From a virus (Duplodnaviria; Caudoviricetes), in the IMG/VR virus record IMGVR_UViG_3300045015_000053: DNA of 64,000 nt; one strand, written 5' to 3'. The notes under the pieces are model-generated. The model searched no databases. It saw only the letters and a program-made list of their open reading frames with translations, and had not been told where the DNA came from. The translations under genes and the position numbers were made by a program. Positions 9,298 through 18,124 of this stretch are shown here, in pieces; position 1 is the stretch's first letter; each line of letters starts with the position of its first letter.

Positions 9298-9567
9298 ATG
9301 ATGGACGGTCCTCGCTATGTCGTCGGCCTTCGCGATCCGAAACAGAGCAATCTGTACAAGGACATGATCGAGGGCGAGAAAGAGGGCGAGGCCAAGCAAC
9401 AGGCCGAGGAACTGGCGGCGAAGGAAGGCCGCGCCACGATAGTCTGGGATCGCAAGAACCACGAAGTGATTCACAGGGTCGCGGGCAAGGACGATCCTGT
9501 TGAGAAACAAGAAACCAAGCCCGAACCGAAAAAACGGGGAAGGCGTAAACAAGAGGACGCTTCCTGA
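9298..9567 (+). CDS. hypothetical protein with a basic C-terminus
   Basis: Clean ORF. Confidence 0.75.
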   Translation: MMDGPRYVVGLRDPKQSNLYKDMIEGEKEGEAKQQAEELAAKEGRATIVWDRKNHEVIHRVAGKDDPVEKQETKPEPKKRGRRKQEDAS

Positions 9568-9582
9568 CCCTATAATACCTTG

Positions 9583-9916
9583 CCTCTGAAACTTATGAGG
9601 AACATTCGGGAGCCGAAGGAGAGACAGTTGCTGGTGACCGGACTGATCCGAGGGTAGATTTCCCCGGATCGGGTTGAAGGGCATATGGGTCTGGTGTGGA
9701 TGGGCTGTTCCCCTACCGGCGGCTTGCCGCCAACGCACATGACCCAGAGCAGCAGCGCTACCCCGTCCAAGAGTCCCAGATGTTTTGGGTTGAGGACGCG
9801 CCAACTTACCATGTTGTAAGTAGCGTTGTGGCTACCGCTAACGTGGCGGTAGGATCGAACCAACCCTTGCCGAATGGGGGTCAACACCAGCAGGAAACTG
9901 CTGGTGTTTCCTTTTT
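9583..9916 (+). ncRNA. candidate structured ncRNA, about 330 nt
   Basis: TATAAT at 9571-9576, terminator at 9883-9916, several hairpins, long-range complement CATTCGG (9603) / CCGAATG (9870), no convincing ORF. Confidence 0.4.
9883..9916 (+). terminator. Rho-independent terminator
   Basis: AACACCAGCAG-gaaa-CTGCTGGTGTT then TCCTTTTT. Confidence 0.8.
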
Positions 9917-9917
9917 G

Positions 9918-9929
9918 GTCTATACTGAC
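9918..9929 (+). promoter_or_regulatory. GTCTATACTGAC promoter box
   Basis: Exact motif upstream of the RBS and ATG 9951. Confidence 0.75.
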
Positions 9930-9950
9930 CCCAACACACAGGAGAACAAG

Positions 9951-10541
9951 ATGCTTTCTTTACAAATGGCCGGTTACGGGATGGGGATGGTCGGGGTCGC
10001 GAATAACGCGAACCTCAACGCATTGTCCTACGGGATCAGCCAGTTGATCAGTTGGGGTTTGGGCTGTGGCGCACACCGTCTGACCTTCAAGGCCGACAAG
10101 AACCGCGTCGGGATTTCGGTCTTCATGGACCCCGAAGTCGAGCCGCAGGTGATTTCGGCGGCAGGGTGCTGCACGATGCAGGGCTTGCACGAGATGGGGC
10201 TGCTGCCGCAAGACATCCCCCAGTTTGAGCGGATGAACATGGACGGCGCGACCAACACGGCGAAGGACGGGCAGTCGCGGTTCTCGTTCAAACAGGGCGA
10301 GGGAATCCTGATCCAGAACTACAACGTGAGGCCAGAACTCTCGCTCGCGACGTGGGCGTTCGCCCACGCCGACCACATCACCGGCTTCATCTGGCGGGGT
10401 GCGAGGGAAATCAAGGTCTTTCACAGCATGAAGCTGACTCAGATCTACATGAGTCCGGCGATTGCCGATGACGTGGCGAAGACCGCGATGGCGGGCGAGC
10501 AGAACTATCCGCAGGACACGCTGATCTCCAGCATCAAGTGA
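9951..10541 (+). CDS. hypothetical protein
   Basis: AGGAG RBS; the ORF-track start at 9696 is upstream of the promoter and terminator. Confidence 0.8.
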   Translation: MLSLQMAGYGMGMVGVANNANLNALSYGISQLISWGLGCGAHRLTFKADKNRVGISVFMDPEVEPQVISAAGCCTMQGLHEMGLLPQDIPQFERMNMDGATNTAKDGQSRFSFKQGEGILIQNYNVRPELSLATWAFAHADHITGFIWRGAREIKVFHSMKLTQIYMSPAIADDVAKTAMAGEQNYPQDTLISSIK

Positions 10542-10554
10542 AACGAATTCCTAT

Positions 10555-10598
10555 AACGCAGAAAGCCGCGAGTTTTTTCGCGGCTTTCTGCGTTTTTT
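10555..10598. terminator. Rho-independent terminator
   Basis: 17-bp stem AACGCAGAAAGCCGCGA / TCGCGGCTTTCTGCGTT plus T tract. Confidence 0.8.
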
Positions 10599-10729
10599 GT
10601 GTCCTGAAAATCTGCCGATTGGTGTCTTCTTTTTGTCATAAATCCGGGGACTGTGTGCGTTCTCAATGTGCGAGTCGAAAAACTCGCCGCCGGGAGCGTA
10701 GTCCTTCTGAAGACCCCAAGAGGTGACCC

Positions 10730-11140
10730 ATGCGTAAGAAACTGACCAAGACGACGACCGAGGCAATCGGCTATCTGACGCAGCAGGACGCACTGGATAA
10801 GTGCTACACGCAGGAGAACAACGCCTTCTTCGACGGGCGTTACGGTCGGCCGGACGATCTCCGCAAGGTGCGGTGCGTGATCAACAACATGAAACCCGGC
10901 ACCGAGATCCGCGCCCTCATCTACAAGTACAACTACCACGGGACGGTTTTGGGGTTCCGCTACACGCCCCGACGCGGCTGGACGATGGGGATGCTGCTCA
11001 AGAGTGGCAGCGTCAAGGACGTGAGCATCGACCCCCGCGACTGGTTCGACGGGGAGAAGACGGTCTTCGTTTACTGCGGGAAGACCGTCTACGCGATCTA
11101 CAGACACGGCTACCGACTCGCACTCGAACCCGTCGCTTAA
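10730..11140 (+). CDS. hypothetical protein
   Basis: GAGGTG RBS. Confidence 0.8.
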   Translation: MRKKLTKTTTEAIGYLTQQDALDKCYTQENNAFFDGRYGRPDDLRKVRCVINNMKPGTEIRALIYKYNYHGTVLGFRYTPRRGWTMGMLLKSGSVKDVSIDPRDWFDGEKTVFVYCGKTVYAIYRHGYRLALEPVA

Positions 11141-13503
11141 TCGCAACACAGATCCAAGATGTCGCTCAGATACGGGTTGGTTGATTCTGCGGCGACCACA
11201 CGACGTTTCTTCTTCTTAGGCACCACCGCTCCGACTGGCTTCGTCGCCGGCCCGGACCCCGCACCGCCACCGATTGCGGCAGCGTACTCGTCGTCAAACG
11301 CCTTCCGTCTCGGACCAATGTGTTGGTCCAGGGCGGAAGGGGCAGTAGTCATCGGCAGCGGAATGCGGCCGGACAGTTGGTCGTTCGGCGCACGCCCCTT
11401 GTCAGTCGCCAAGTAGTGGGGCGAACGGTCGTCCCGCTTGAACGGCGTAAGCCCGTCAAAATCTTCATCTTGGTACTTCTTGGCGACGGCGGCGTGGTAG
11501 GCGTCCTTGTCGGCGTCTTCCCACTTGATCGCCCGACGTTTTTCGGTCGGCTTGACACCTTTCATCAGTTCTTCGCGGGTGATGCCGGCACGCTCTGCGT
11601 CACGGATCTCACGGTTAATACGATTGGACAGGTCGCGTCTCGCTTGCGCTTGGAACACACTTCGGGTGAGTTCCATTGGAGACAGACCGTCCGGGTTTTC
11701 GTCACTCTTGGAATCCGGCGTTTGCGCGAGGTCATATATTGCGTTCGACCGACGCCGTTGAGCGTTCGGGCCGAAGTAGTTCACAATCCCCTGTTCGATC
11801 CTATCGGCACGAGCCAGTAGTTCTTCTTTCTCCTCGCCCGTTGCTGTAGCCGCTTTAGCACGCAGTTCAGCCACCAGTTTGGTGTCTTTTGCCTGACGAG
11901 CCGCAACGGTCTTCAAACGCTGTGGGTGGGCTTTAGATGCCGCGATGACCCATCCCTTGTTCTCCTCTTCGTATCGCAGGTGCGGGTCGTCGGGCTGGAC
12001 GACGAACACTTGCTTGCCCTGTCCGTTCGATTGAACGTACTTGGCGTCACCCTTTGCGGCCAGACCGATGATCACGCCGGTCTTGTTCTTGCCCTTTTGC
12101 ATGTCGTCAATGAACCGCAAGTCGTGAATGTCGCCGCTCACGATGCGGTAAAGCTTGCCGTTCTCACCACGCCACACCTTCGGCAGCTTGTACGGGCCGT
12201 TTTCGGCTCCGCTATTCGGATCAACGGCGTACTCTTTTCCCTTTGGGTCTTCTTTGAACTCAGGGGCGACGTACTCGGTGTTGCTTTTCCTGGCCCGCGT
12301 TTGGGCGCGAGCTTCCATAGCCCTCTTCGCTTTGGCGGGGTCGTAGTTCTTCTCCGCGAACGCGAACACCATAGCGACGTTGCCGCCGTTGTCCAGCAGT
12401 TCTTCCATCTGGTGCAGGTTGGTCTTCTCGGAATAAGAAAACGTGAGGTGGTAGTTCGCCGGCCACTTGCCGCCGCCCGACTTCATGGCCTCGGCGTGCT
12501 TCATGGCGCGGCCGATGACCTTCGTGTAGTCGTAGAACTGCACCTCTGGGAAGTGACAGAAGATCGACTTCTTCTCGTTGGGGTCGGGCGGGCAGTTCAT
12601 TGCACGAGCTTTCGGGCTGCGTTCCACAGCCCCCTCGTACCCCGGCAGTTCTTTGCCTTTGGTCTTCGGGTTCTTGCGTTGGTAGGTGAACCAGTATTTT
12701 TCGGTTTCCCACGGAATGTCGGACGTGCCGTTCAGTCTGAGGCCGAAGTTGAAGCCCTGACTGTGCGATTCCGCTGCGGCGTGTTCGACTTCTTGGGCGA
12801 GCCTCGTGAGGGCCGCGTTCTTGTTATAGGCGAACATGAACGTGCGCCGCATACGACCGGACGTTTTGACGCCCATGAAGCCGGGGTTGCCGGCCACGTC
12901 GAGACAGGACGCTGCACATTCTGGGGTGTGAGCGGAGCAGGTGTTGCACCCTGAGAAGCCGGCCGGCAACAAGTGCATGACGGCGTTCTTCATCGGCCGC
13001 ATCATGCCGTGGTGCGGGTTTGCGACGGCGTGCGGGTATCCCTTTTCGGTCTTCGGGTTGTTGTCGCCGGGGGAAACCAGAGACAAGCCGGCGTGCGGAT
13101 TCTTCAGACGCCGCTTTTTATCCCTACGCGGGCGGAACATGTCTTTGATGTCGTCTTGGTGCTGGTCCCACTGTTGACGGGTGAAATTGACTAGCTTGTT
13201 TTTCTCGTCATCCTTCTTGGTTTTTGACGTGCCGACATCAACATCGGCGTCCACCGAGTCGTCATCTTCGTCGTCCTCGACTTCGACCGGCTCCTCTCGC
13301 TTCGCTTTCTTCCTCTTCGATTCGACAACGAGGTTGCCGGCCATACTTGCAAATTCTGGCAGGTTTTCCATAACGTCATCATAGTCGGTGGAAATGCCGA
13401 GTTGCTCGTTGAACGAGAGGTGATAGGCCCACTCCTCGTCGGTCAAACGAAGATCATCGGCCCAGTCTGTTTCGCGGAAGAAGTCTCTGAAGTTCATTTT
13501 CAT
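11137..13503 (-). CDS. GP88-domain protein with an N-terminal capsid-targeting-like peptide
   Basis: CSAHTPECAASCLDVAG, LRLNGTSDIPWE, FPEVQFYDYTK, YHLTFSYSE, GDIHDLRF, IIGLAAKG; N-terminus MKMNFRDFFRE. Confidence 0.75.
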   Translation of the reverse strand: MKMNFRDFFRETDWADDLRLTDEEWAYHLSFNEQLGISTDYDDVMENLPEFASMAGNLVVESKRKKAKREEPVEVEDDEDDDSVDADVDVGTSKTKKDDEKNKLVNFTRQQWDQHQDDIKDMFRPRRDKKRRLKNPHAGLSLVSPGDNNPKTEKGYPHAVANPHHGMMRPMKNAVMHLLPAGFSGCNTCSAHTPECAASCLDVAGNPGFMGVKTSGRMRRTFMFAYNKNAALTRLAQEVEHAAAESHSQGFNFGLRLNGTSDIPWETEKYWFTYQRKNPKTKGKELPGYEGAVERSPKARAMNCPPDPNEKKSIFCHFPEVQFYDYTKVIGRAMKHAEAMKSGGGKWPANYHLTFSYSEKTNLHQMEELLDNGGNVAMVFAFAEKNYDPAKAKRAMEARAQTRARKSNTEYVAPEFKEDPKGKEYAVDPNSGAENGPYKLPKVWRGENGKLYRIVSGDIHDLRFIDDMQKGKNKTGVIIGLAAKGDAKYVQSNGQGKQVFVVQPDDPHLRYEEENKGWVIAASKAHPQRLKTVAARQAKDTKLVAELRAKAATATGEEKEELLARADRIEQGIVNYFGPNAQRRRSNAIYDLAQTPDSKSDENPDGLSPMELTRSVFQAQARRDLSNRINREIRDAERAGITREELMKGVKPTEKRRAIKWEDADKDAYHAAVAKKYQDEDFDGLTPFKRDDRSPHYLATDKGRAPNDQLSGRIPLPMTTAPSALDQHIGPRRKAFDDEYAAAIGGGAGSGPATKPVGAVVPKKKKRRVVAAESTNPYLSDILDLCCD

Positions 13504-13532
13504 CTATCTGGCTCCTCGGTTGTCTTTTCGGG

Positions 13533-13539
13533 TATATAG
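13533..13539 (-). promoter_or_regulatory. late-promoter-like box CTATATA
   Basis: Upstream of the minus-strand 13503 gene; same family as the CTAAATA copies. Confidence 0.5.
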
Positions 13540-13600
13540 CCATAAGAATTCCTCTTCTGATTTGCCGTTTTTGGTTTATCGTGAAAGTGGAGGAGTTGCG

Positions 13601-14236
13601 ATGCAGCAGTATTACACTTTCGACAAGTGCCGACTGATCAACGGGCAGCACCGTTCTCTTGACGCGCAAGTCAACATCGAAATCGACATCCAGAACAGCG
13701 ACCCTTACGGCCCACCGCCGCCGAAGGGCTACTATAATCCCTACGGCTTCGCGTGCAGGGGGGAACTCTCCGTAGAGTGGGCTTCTGACGGGCCGTCTCA
13801 CCTCAAGAAGATGTTGGAAGTCGAGCTTGTTCTCCGAGAGGAAGACCTTTCCACCAAGCTCAAAGTCGTTCTAATGGAATTCATCGGTTCCGACGTGGTG
13901 TTGCCCGGTGCCAGACCGGGGCAGCCCGCTCGGATCAAGCGGCACATGTGGTCCTTCATCTGCATCCAGCGTCCGATCAGCGACGGTCTGCAACTGTTCC
14001 CAGAGGCTTTGAAGAGAACCGTGATGAAAGTGTTCTTGTTTACCGGCTTCCTCGGCGTCTGGAACAACACCAAGACATCGGCGGTGATCGTAGCTTCGGG
14101 CAAGGCCGAAGCAATCGCGCAGATGAAAGAGGAATTGAAACAAAGAGGTCTTGCCGACTTGGAAGAGAGCGATTACTCTTTGGTTGAGATCGATCCAACT
14201 CGTCCCTGCCGCGTGATGGTCGCGGACGGGGACTAA
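13601..14236 (+). CDS. hypothetical protein; possibly two genes, with a second start at the GTGATG junction near 14021-14024
   Basis: GGAGGAG RBS; internal TGATG coupling-like signature. Confidence 0.65.
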   Translation: MQQYYTFDKCRLINGQHRSLDAQVNIEIDIQNSDPYGPPPPKGYYNPYGFACRGELSVEWASDGPSHLKKMLEVELVLREEDLSTKLKVVLMEFIGSDVVLPGARPGQPARIKRHMWSFICIQRPISDGLQLFPEALKRTVMKVFLFTGFLGVWNNTKTSAVIVASGKAEAIAQMKEELKQRGLADLEESDYSLVEIDPTRPCRVMVADGD

Positions 14237-14257
14237 TTTCACACAAGGAACACGGTC

Positions 14258-16261
14258 ATGGGAAACAAACTCACGGTTTACTCGAACGGCATCACCCACG
14301 TCCAGAAGGTCGTCGCCCTCGACGGCAGGACCACGGTTTCGATCCCCGTGCGGAAGAAGTACGTCGCCGACGTACTCGCTACCGTGGCGGTGTTCGGCAA
14401 GGTCAAGCTCGTGGAGCCGCCGTCCTACACCAACGACGCCTCGAAGAACGCGCTGACGCTCGATCCGAGCAACGTCCACTTCGCGCTCGTCACCAAGCTC
14501 TCCGGTGCGGCCGTCAAGATCAACCAATCGGGGGTCAACTACGAGGGCCGGCTGCTCGGCGCACACTCCGAAGAAGTCGCCTCCGCGAACGGCACGACCA
14601 GCGTCAAGTACCACGTCCAGATCATCGACAAGAGCGGGGTCGTCCGTCAGTTCGCTCAGGGAACTTACGCGACCCTCGAATTCACCGAGCCGGAAGTCCA
14701 GCGGCTGATCGACACCGCGATCTCCAAGAACTTCGAGAGCGTTCGGCCCGACTCCGTACTCGTCAAGCTGGTCCTCGAACCGACCGAAGGCAAGACCGGC
14801 GAGGCCAGAGTGGAGTACGCGACCCCGACCGCCGCGTGGCAGTCGATCTACCAACTGCGGTTGGGTAAGTCGGCCACACTGGAATACAACGCCAAGATCG
14901 ACAACCCGACCGACGAGGACTGGCTCAACTCGAAGGTGAGCGTCGTGGTCGGCGAGCCGATCACGCTGGAAACCACCCTCGGTGAAGTGCGGACGCCGAG
15001 CCGGTCGAAGGTCGATCTCGTCGCGAGCAAGGCGGTGGGTCCGATCCGCGATCAGAGTGCTGTGTCCCGGTCGATGACGAAGGGTGGCGGGCAGATGTAC
15101 GCCCTCTCCGCGATGCGGGGCGCACCGGAATCCATCGGTGCGGCACTGGGCGACTACGAAGTCGATGCGTGCTATGCCGAGAACAGTTTCGGCGGGGCGG
15201 CACAGGTGGCCGGCGCGACGGCCGAAGAGGTGGGGGACTTCGCCATCTTCACCTCGACCGACGAGATCGACGTGAAGGGCGGGTCGAGTGGCGTGGTGCG
15301 GCTGTTCAACGAGACGGTGGACGCAGAAGAGGTTCTGTTCTTCGACAAGAAGCAGGACGCCAACCGCGCCTACCGTGGCGTCCGGTTCAAGAACACCACC
15401 CCGAACTCGCTCGGTCAGGGCATCTGCACCGTGTACCTCGGCAACACCTTCGCGGGGCAGTCCGAGTTCAAGGCGTGCAAACCGGGCCAGAAGAAGACCA
15501 TCGTGTTCGCCCGCGAGAACGGCGTGAACGCCCACTCGACATCCGACAGCAAGAACAGTCGGATCGCGGTCGGCGTGGCGTCCGGCAAGCTGTGGGTGCG
15601 TTCGCGGTCCACGGTGGAGACGACGTATAAGTTCAACAACCTGTACAAAGACACCGCGTTCGAGGTCGAAGTCGATCACGAGTACAGCCTCGGCGAACAG
15701 GTCGATCTGGCGGTCACCAACGGCGTGAAACTCGAAAAGACCAAGACGGGCGTCAAACTGACGGCCAAGATGCCCGCGAACAGTGAAACGTCCTTCACGC
15801 TGACGGAAACGAAGGTCGTTCCGCAGGAGTGGAACGTCGTGGGGGCGAACGGTCTGGACTCGGTCCTCCGCATCTTCGGCGACGACAAGAAGCTGATCGC
15901 GAAGCTCGAAGCGTCGGCGTCGTACCAGAAGGTTCGCAAGCTGGCCGACGAACTGGACGCGATCAAGGTCGAAATCGGTGACATCAACGCCAAAGTCACC
16001 GAGTTCAACCAAGAGGCGGCTTCGCTCAAGGAAGAACAGAAGCGGCTCCTGTCGCTGGTGCAGGTGGGCAGCGCGGCCTCGCAACTCAGCAAGTGGCAGG
16101 GTGAACTGGACAAGACCGAAGACCGGATCAAGGAAATCGACAAGACTCTCGTCCCGAACACCAAGAAGGACGTGAAGGCCAAAGAGAAGGACGCTCGCGC
16201 GAAGGAAAAGGAAATCGAGGCCGCGATGAAGGAGTTCGTGTTCGAGTCCGAAGGCGTCTGA
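14258..16261 (+). CDS. DUF4139/DUF4140-like protein with a C-terminal coiled coil
   Basis: LTVYSNG N-terminus, VEYATPTAAWQSIYQL, KIDNPTDEDW, long heptad-rich C-terminus. Confidence 0.7.
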   Translation: MGNKLTVYSNGITHVQKVVALDGRTTVSIPVRKKYVADVLATVAVFGKVKLVEPPSYTNDASKNALTLDPSNVHFALVTKLSGAAVKINQSGVNYEGRLLGAHSEEVASANGTTSVKYHVQIIDKSGVVRQFAQGTYATLEFTEPEVQRLIDTAISKNFESVRPDSVLVKLVLEPTEGKTGEARVEYATPTAAWQSIYQLRLGKSATLEYNAKIDNPTDEDWLNSKVSVVVGEPITLETTLGEVRTPSRSKVDLVASKAVGPIRDQSAVSRSMTKGGGQMYALSAMRGAPESIGAALGDYEVDACYAENSFGGAAQVAGATAEEVGDFAIFTSTDEIDVKGGSSGVVRLFNETVDAEEVLFFDKKQDANRAYRGVRFKNTTPNSLGQGICTVYLGNTFAGQSEFKACKPGQKKTIVFARENGVNAHSTSDSKNSRIAVGVASGKLWVRSRSTVETTYKFNNLYKDTAFEVEVDHEYSLGEQVDLAVTNGVKLEKTKTGVKLTAKMPANSETSFTLTETKVVPQEWNVVGANGLDSVLRIFGDDKKLIAKLEASASYQKVRKLADELDAIKVEIGDINAKVTEFNQEAASLKEEQKRLLSLVQVGSAASQLSKWQGELDKTEDRIKEIDKTLVPNTKKDVKAKEKDARAKEKEIEAAMKEFVFESEGV

Positions 16262-16268
16262 TTCTCGC

Positions 16269-16304
16269 AAAAACGGGACGCGGACCTAACCGCGTCCCGT
16301 TTTT
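16269..16304. terminator. bidirectional terminator abutting a promoter box
   Basis: AAAAACGGGACGCGG / CCGCGTCCCGTTTTT, then GTTTATAGTGTC at 16305-16316. Confidence 0.8.
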
Positions 16305-16336
16305 GTTTATAGTGTCCTTTCAACGACGAGGGTGTC

Positions 16337-17029
16337 ATGGTGGAAATCACACAAGGCAAGCTGATTTCGTTCGAGATGACGCCCACAAACAAGGGCGTCG
16401 GCCGCGTCTGCGGCATCGCATACGTCGGGCAAGTCATGAACTCCGAAGACGTGGTGATGGCGTTTGGCGCTCACAGGGGCAAGAAACTGTCCCAAGTGCC
16501 GCACGACTACCTGAAGTGGATGGAAAAGGCCATTCAGGACAAACCCGAACTCATTGCGCACGTCAAAGCGGTTCTCGCCGCCAACAAACCCGTTCAAACG
16601 GTCGATCCGAACGATGTCGCCAAAGTGAAAGCGGAACTGGATCGTGAGAAGAGGAAGCCACGCCCACGGTTCACCTTAACGTCGAAGAACATCGACGCGG
16701 TACTGTCGTTGGGCGAAGCCCTCCCGCCAGAGGTTTACATCAACGCTCCATCCAAGACCGAGATGGAAGCGATCCTGATGAAGTGCGAAGAGTACACGGG
16801 CTGCATGGTCAAAACCCGTTGGGCGGCGCAAGGCCGGGTACTGCTTCCAGAGGCGACACACTCTTACGTTTTCAACTGGCTAAAAAGCGATCATCAAGGA
16901 AGGCCGATCCCCGTTTACGTCTACAACATGGACCAGACCATCTTCGACGCGGACGAAGAGGAGCGGTTGAAATGCTTGGACGCTTTGAACGCCCTCGCCA
17001 GAGGGTCAACCACTACTGAGGAAGAGTGA
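16337..17029 (+). CDS. hypothetical protein with a DUF3820/QSregVF_b-like motif
   Basis: FGAHRGKKLSQVPHDYLKW. Confidence 0.7.
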   Translation: MVEITQGKLISFEMTPTNKGVGRVCGIAYVGQVMNSEDVVMAFGAHRGKKLSQVPHDYLKWMEKAIQDKPELIAHVKAVLAANKPVQTVDPNDVAKVKAELDREKRKPRPRFTLTSKNIDAVLSLGEALPPEVYINAPSKTEMEAILMKCEEYTGCMVKTRWAAQGRVLLPEATHSYVFNWLKSDHQGRPIPVYVYNMDQTIFDADEEERLKCLDALNALARGSTTTEEE

Positions 17030-17175
17030 TGCAGAACTTCATTCTGGGACTGGCCGTTGGAGCTTTTTTGACATCGATCCTGTTCGCGCTTCTCAATCGC
17101 TCGTCCAGAGCGGAGAAGAAAGAAGATCCCGCCGACTGGTGGAAGAACGGCGGCGAACCGCCGAACCCGTTTTGA
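17029..17175 (+). CDS. 48-aa membrane-anchored peptide (absent from the ORF track)
   Basis: MQNFILGLAVGAFLTSILFALLNRSS...; TGATG coupling. Confidence 0.7.
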   Translation: MQNFILGLAVGAFLTSILFALLNRSSRAEKKEDPADWWKNGGEPPNPF

Positions 17176-17206
17176 AAAAAGCCCCGGTTCGACACCGGGG
17201 CTTTTT
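17176..17206. terminator. bidirectional terminator between convergent genes
   Basis: AAAAAGCCCCGGT-tcgac-ACCGGGGCTTTTT. Confidence 0.85.
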
Positions 17207-17517
17207 CACGCGACCGCTGTTATTAGCGACACGATGATGGAAACTATCTGAAGGATCTGCGGGAGGTTCTTCTGAAGCCAGTCGAAGAATCCGCCTTTGG
17301 ATGGTGGCGGCGGTTCGGCCCCAACCTCCATTGCGGCGAGCGCCACGGTCTTGTTGTCGAGGTCGTCAACCGCGTCGGCCGCTTGTTTGCGGCTGAAGCC
17401 GTGCTGACGCCGCAAACGGGCTTCCACGCGGTTGCGGATGACGTGTTGGAAAAGCGGGTGGTTCGAGTAGGCGTCCAGCGGGCTGGCGGCGACTTGAACA
17501 ATTTCGGTGTCTGACAT
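17206..17517 (-). CDS. hypothetical protein with a C-terminal amphipathic/TM helix
   Basis: GGFFDWLQKNLPQILQIVSIIVSLITAVA; ATAAATA box upstream. Confidence 0.75.
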   Translation of the reverse strand: MSDTEIVQVAASPLDAYSNHPLFQHVIRNRVEARLRRQHGFSRKQAADAVDDLDNKTVALAAMEVGAEPPPPSKGGFFDWLQKNLPQILQIVSIIVSLITAVA

Positions 17518-17548
17518 AATGCCTTTCGATTGGAGTTATGGGACACCG

Positions 17549-17555
17549 TATTTAT
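17549..17555 (-). promoter_or_regulatory. T4-late-like box ATAAATA
   Basis: One mismatch to T4 TATAAATA; upstream of the 17517 gene. Confidence 0.55.
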
Positions 17556-18124
17556 TACTCTCGGAAGTAAATTGCCATCCCCTCGCCGTGTCCTTCGAGC
17601 TTGCGGGCGTACCACCCCGGCAAGTTACACGTCCGGTCGAACGACCAGCCTGGGCCGTGATCGAGACTCGTTTCCGCCACGTCGTGAACCAAAATGTACC
17701 CGTGTTTCGACAGACGCAACATGGCCTGTGTCATGTCCAAGTGCGACGGTAGATCCCCGTGGTCGCCATCGACGTAGATCAGGTCGAACACGTCGTCTTT
17801 GCTCAACGATTTCCAGAAGTCCCAACTCGATGATTCGACAAACCTGAACGGGCAGTCCAAATCTTTGAGTCCTTTGGGCCGATCTTTCAGCTTGATGTCA
17901 ACGCCCGTGTAGTCGCCGAACACGTCGTGGCAGTACAGTAGCACGTCGGCCGAATCGACCCCGATTTCCAGTACGCGGGGCTTCTCGAACATCTCGGCTA
18001 CCGCCCGAATGCAGTGGCGGCGGTCCCAGAATTCGAGACGCGATTGCGGCCAGTTCAATTCGGGTTTCTTGTTCCAAAATTTGGCTCGGTCCATTTTGTC
18101 TTTCTCAAGCCATTTGCTTGGCAT
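17555..18124 (-). CDS. class I SAM-dependent methyltransferase (Methyltransf_24-like)
   Basis: VLEIGVD, GVDI, FDLIYVDGDH, GYILVHD. Confidence 0.85.
   Translation of the reverse strand: MPSKWLEKDKMDRAKFWNKKPELNWPQSRLEFWDRRHCIRAVAEMFEKPRVLEIGVDSADVLLYCHDVFGDYTGVDIKLKDRPKGLKDLDCPFRFVESSSWDFWKSLSKDDVFDLIYVDGDHGDLPSHLDMTQAMLRLSKHGYILVHDVAETSLDHGPGWSFDRTCNLPGWYARKLEGHGEGMAIYFRE

Noticed and set aside
9845-9870. T-arm-like GGTTCGATCC on the minus strand
   Set aside because: The stem is imperfect, no D or anticodon arms are present, and the flank belongs to a separate CTACCGC/GCGGTAG hairpin.
9570-9887. Minus-strand 105-aa ORF as a gene
   Set aside because: No RBS, atypical codon usage, and it lies antisense to a promoter-terminator unit; not fully excluded.
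10538-10726. 62-aa ORF MKRIPITQK
   Set aside because: It runs through a strong terminator hairpin and has atypical codon usage.
13871-16270. Long antisense ORFs (13871-16270, 48368-50479, 34297-35442, 11926-12954 and others)
   Set aside because: These are shadow frames of high-GC3 genes on the opposite strand, with no motifs.
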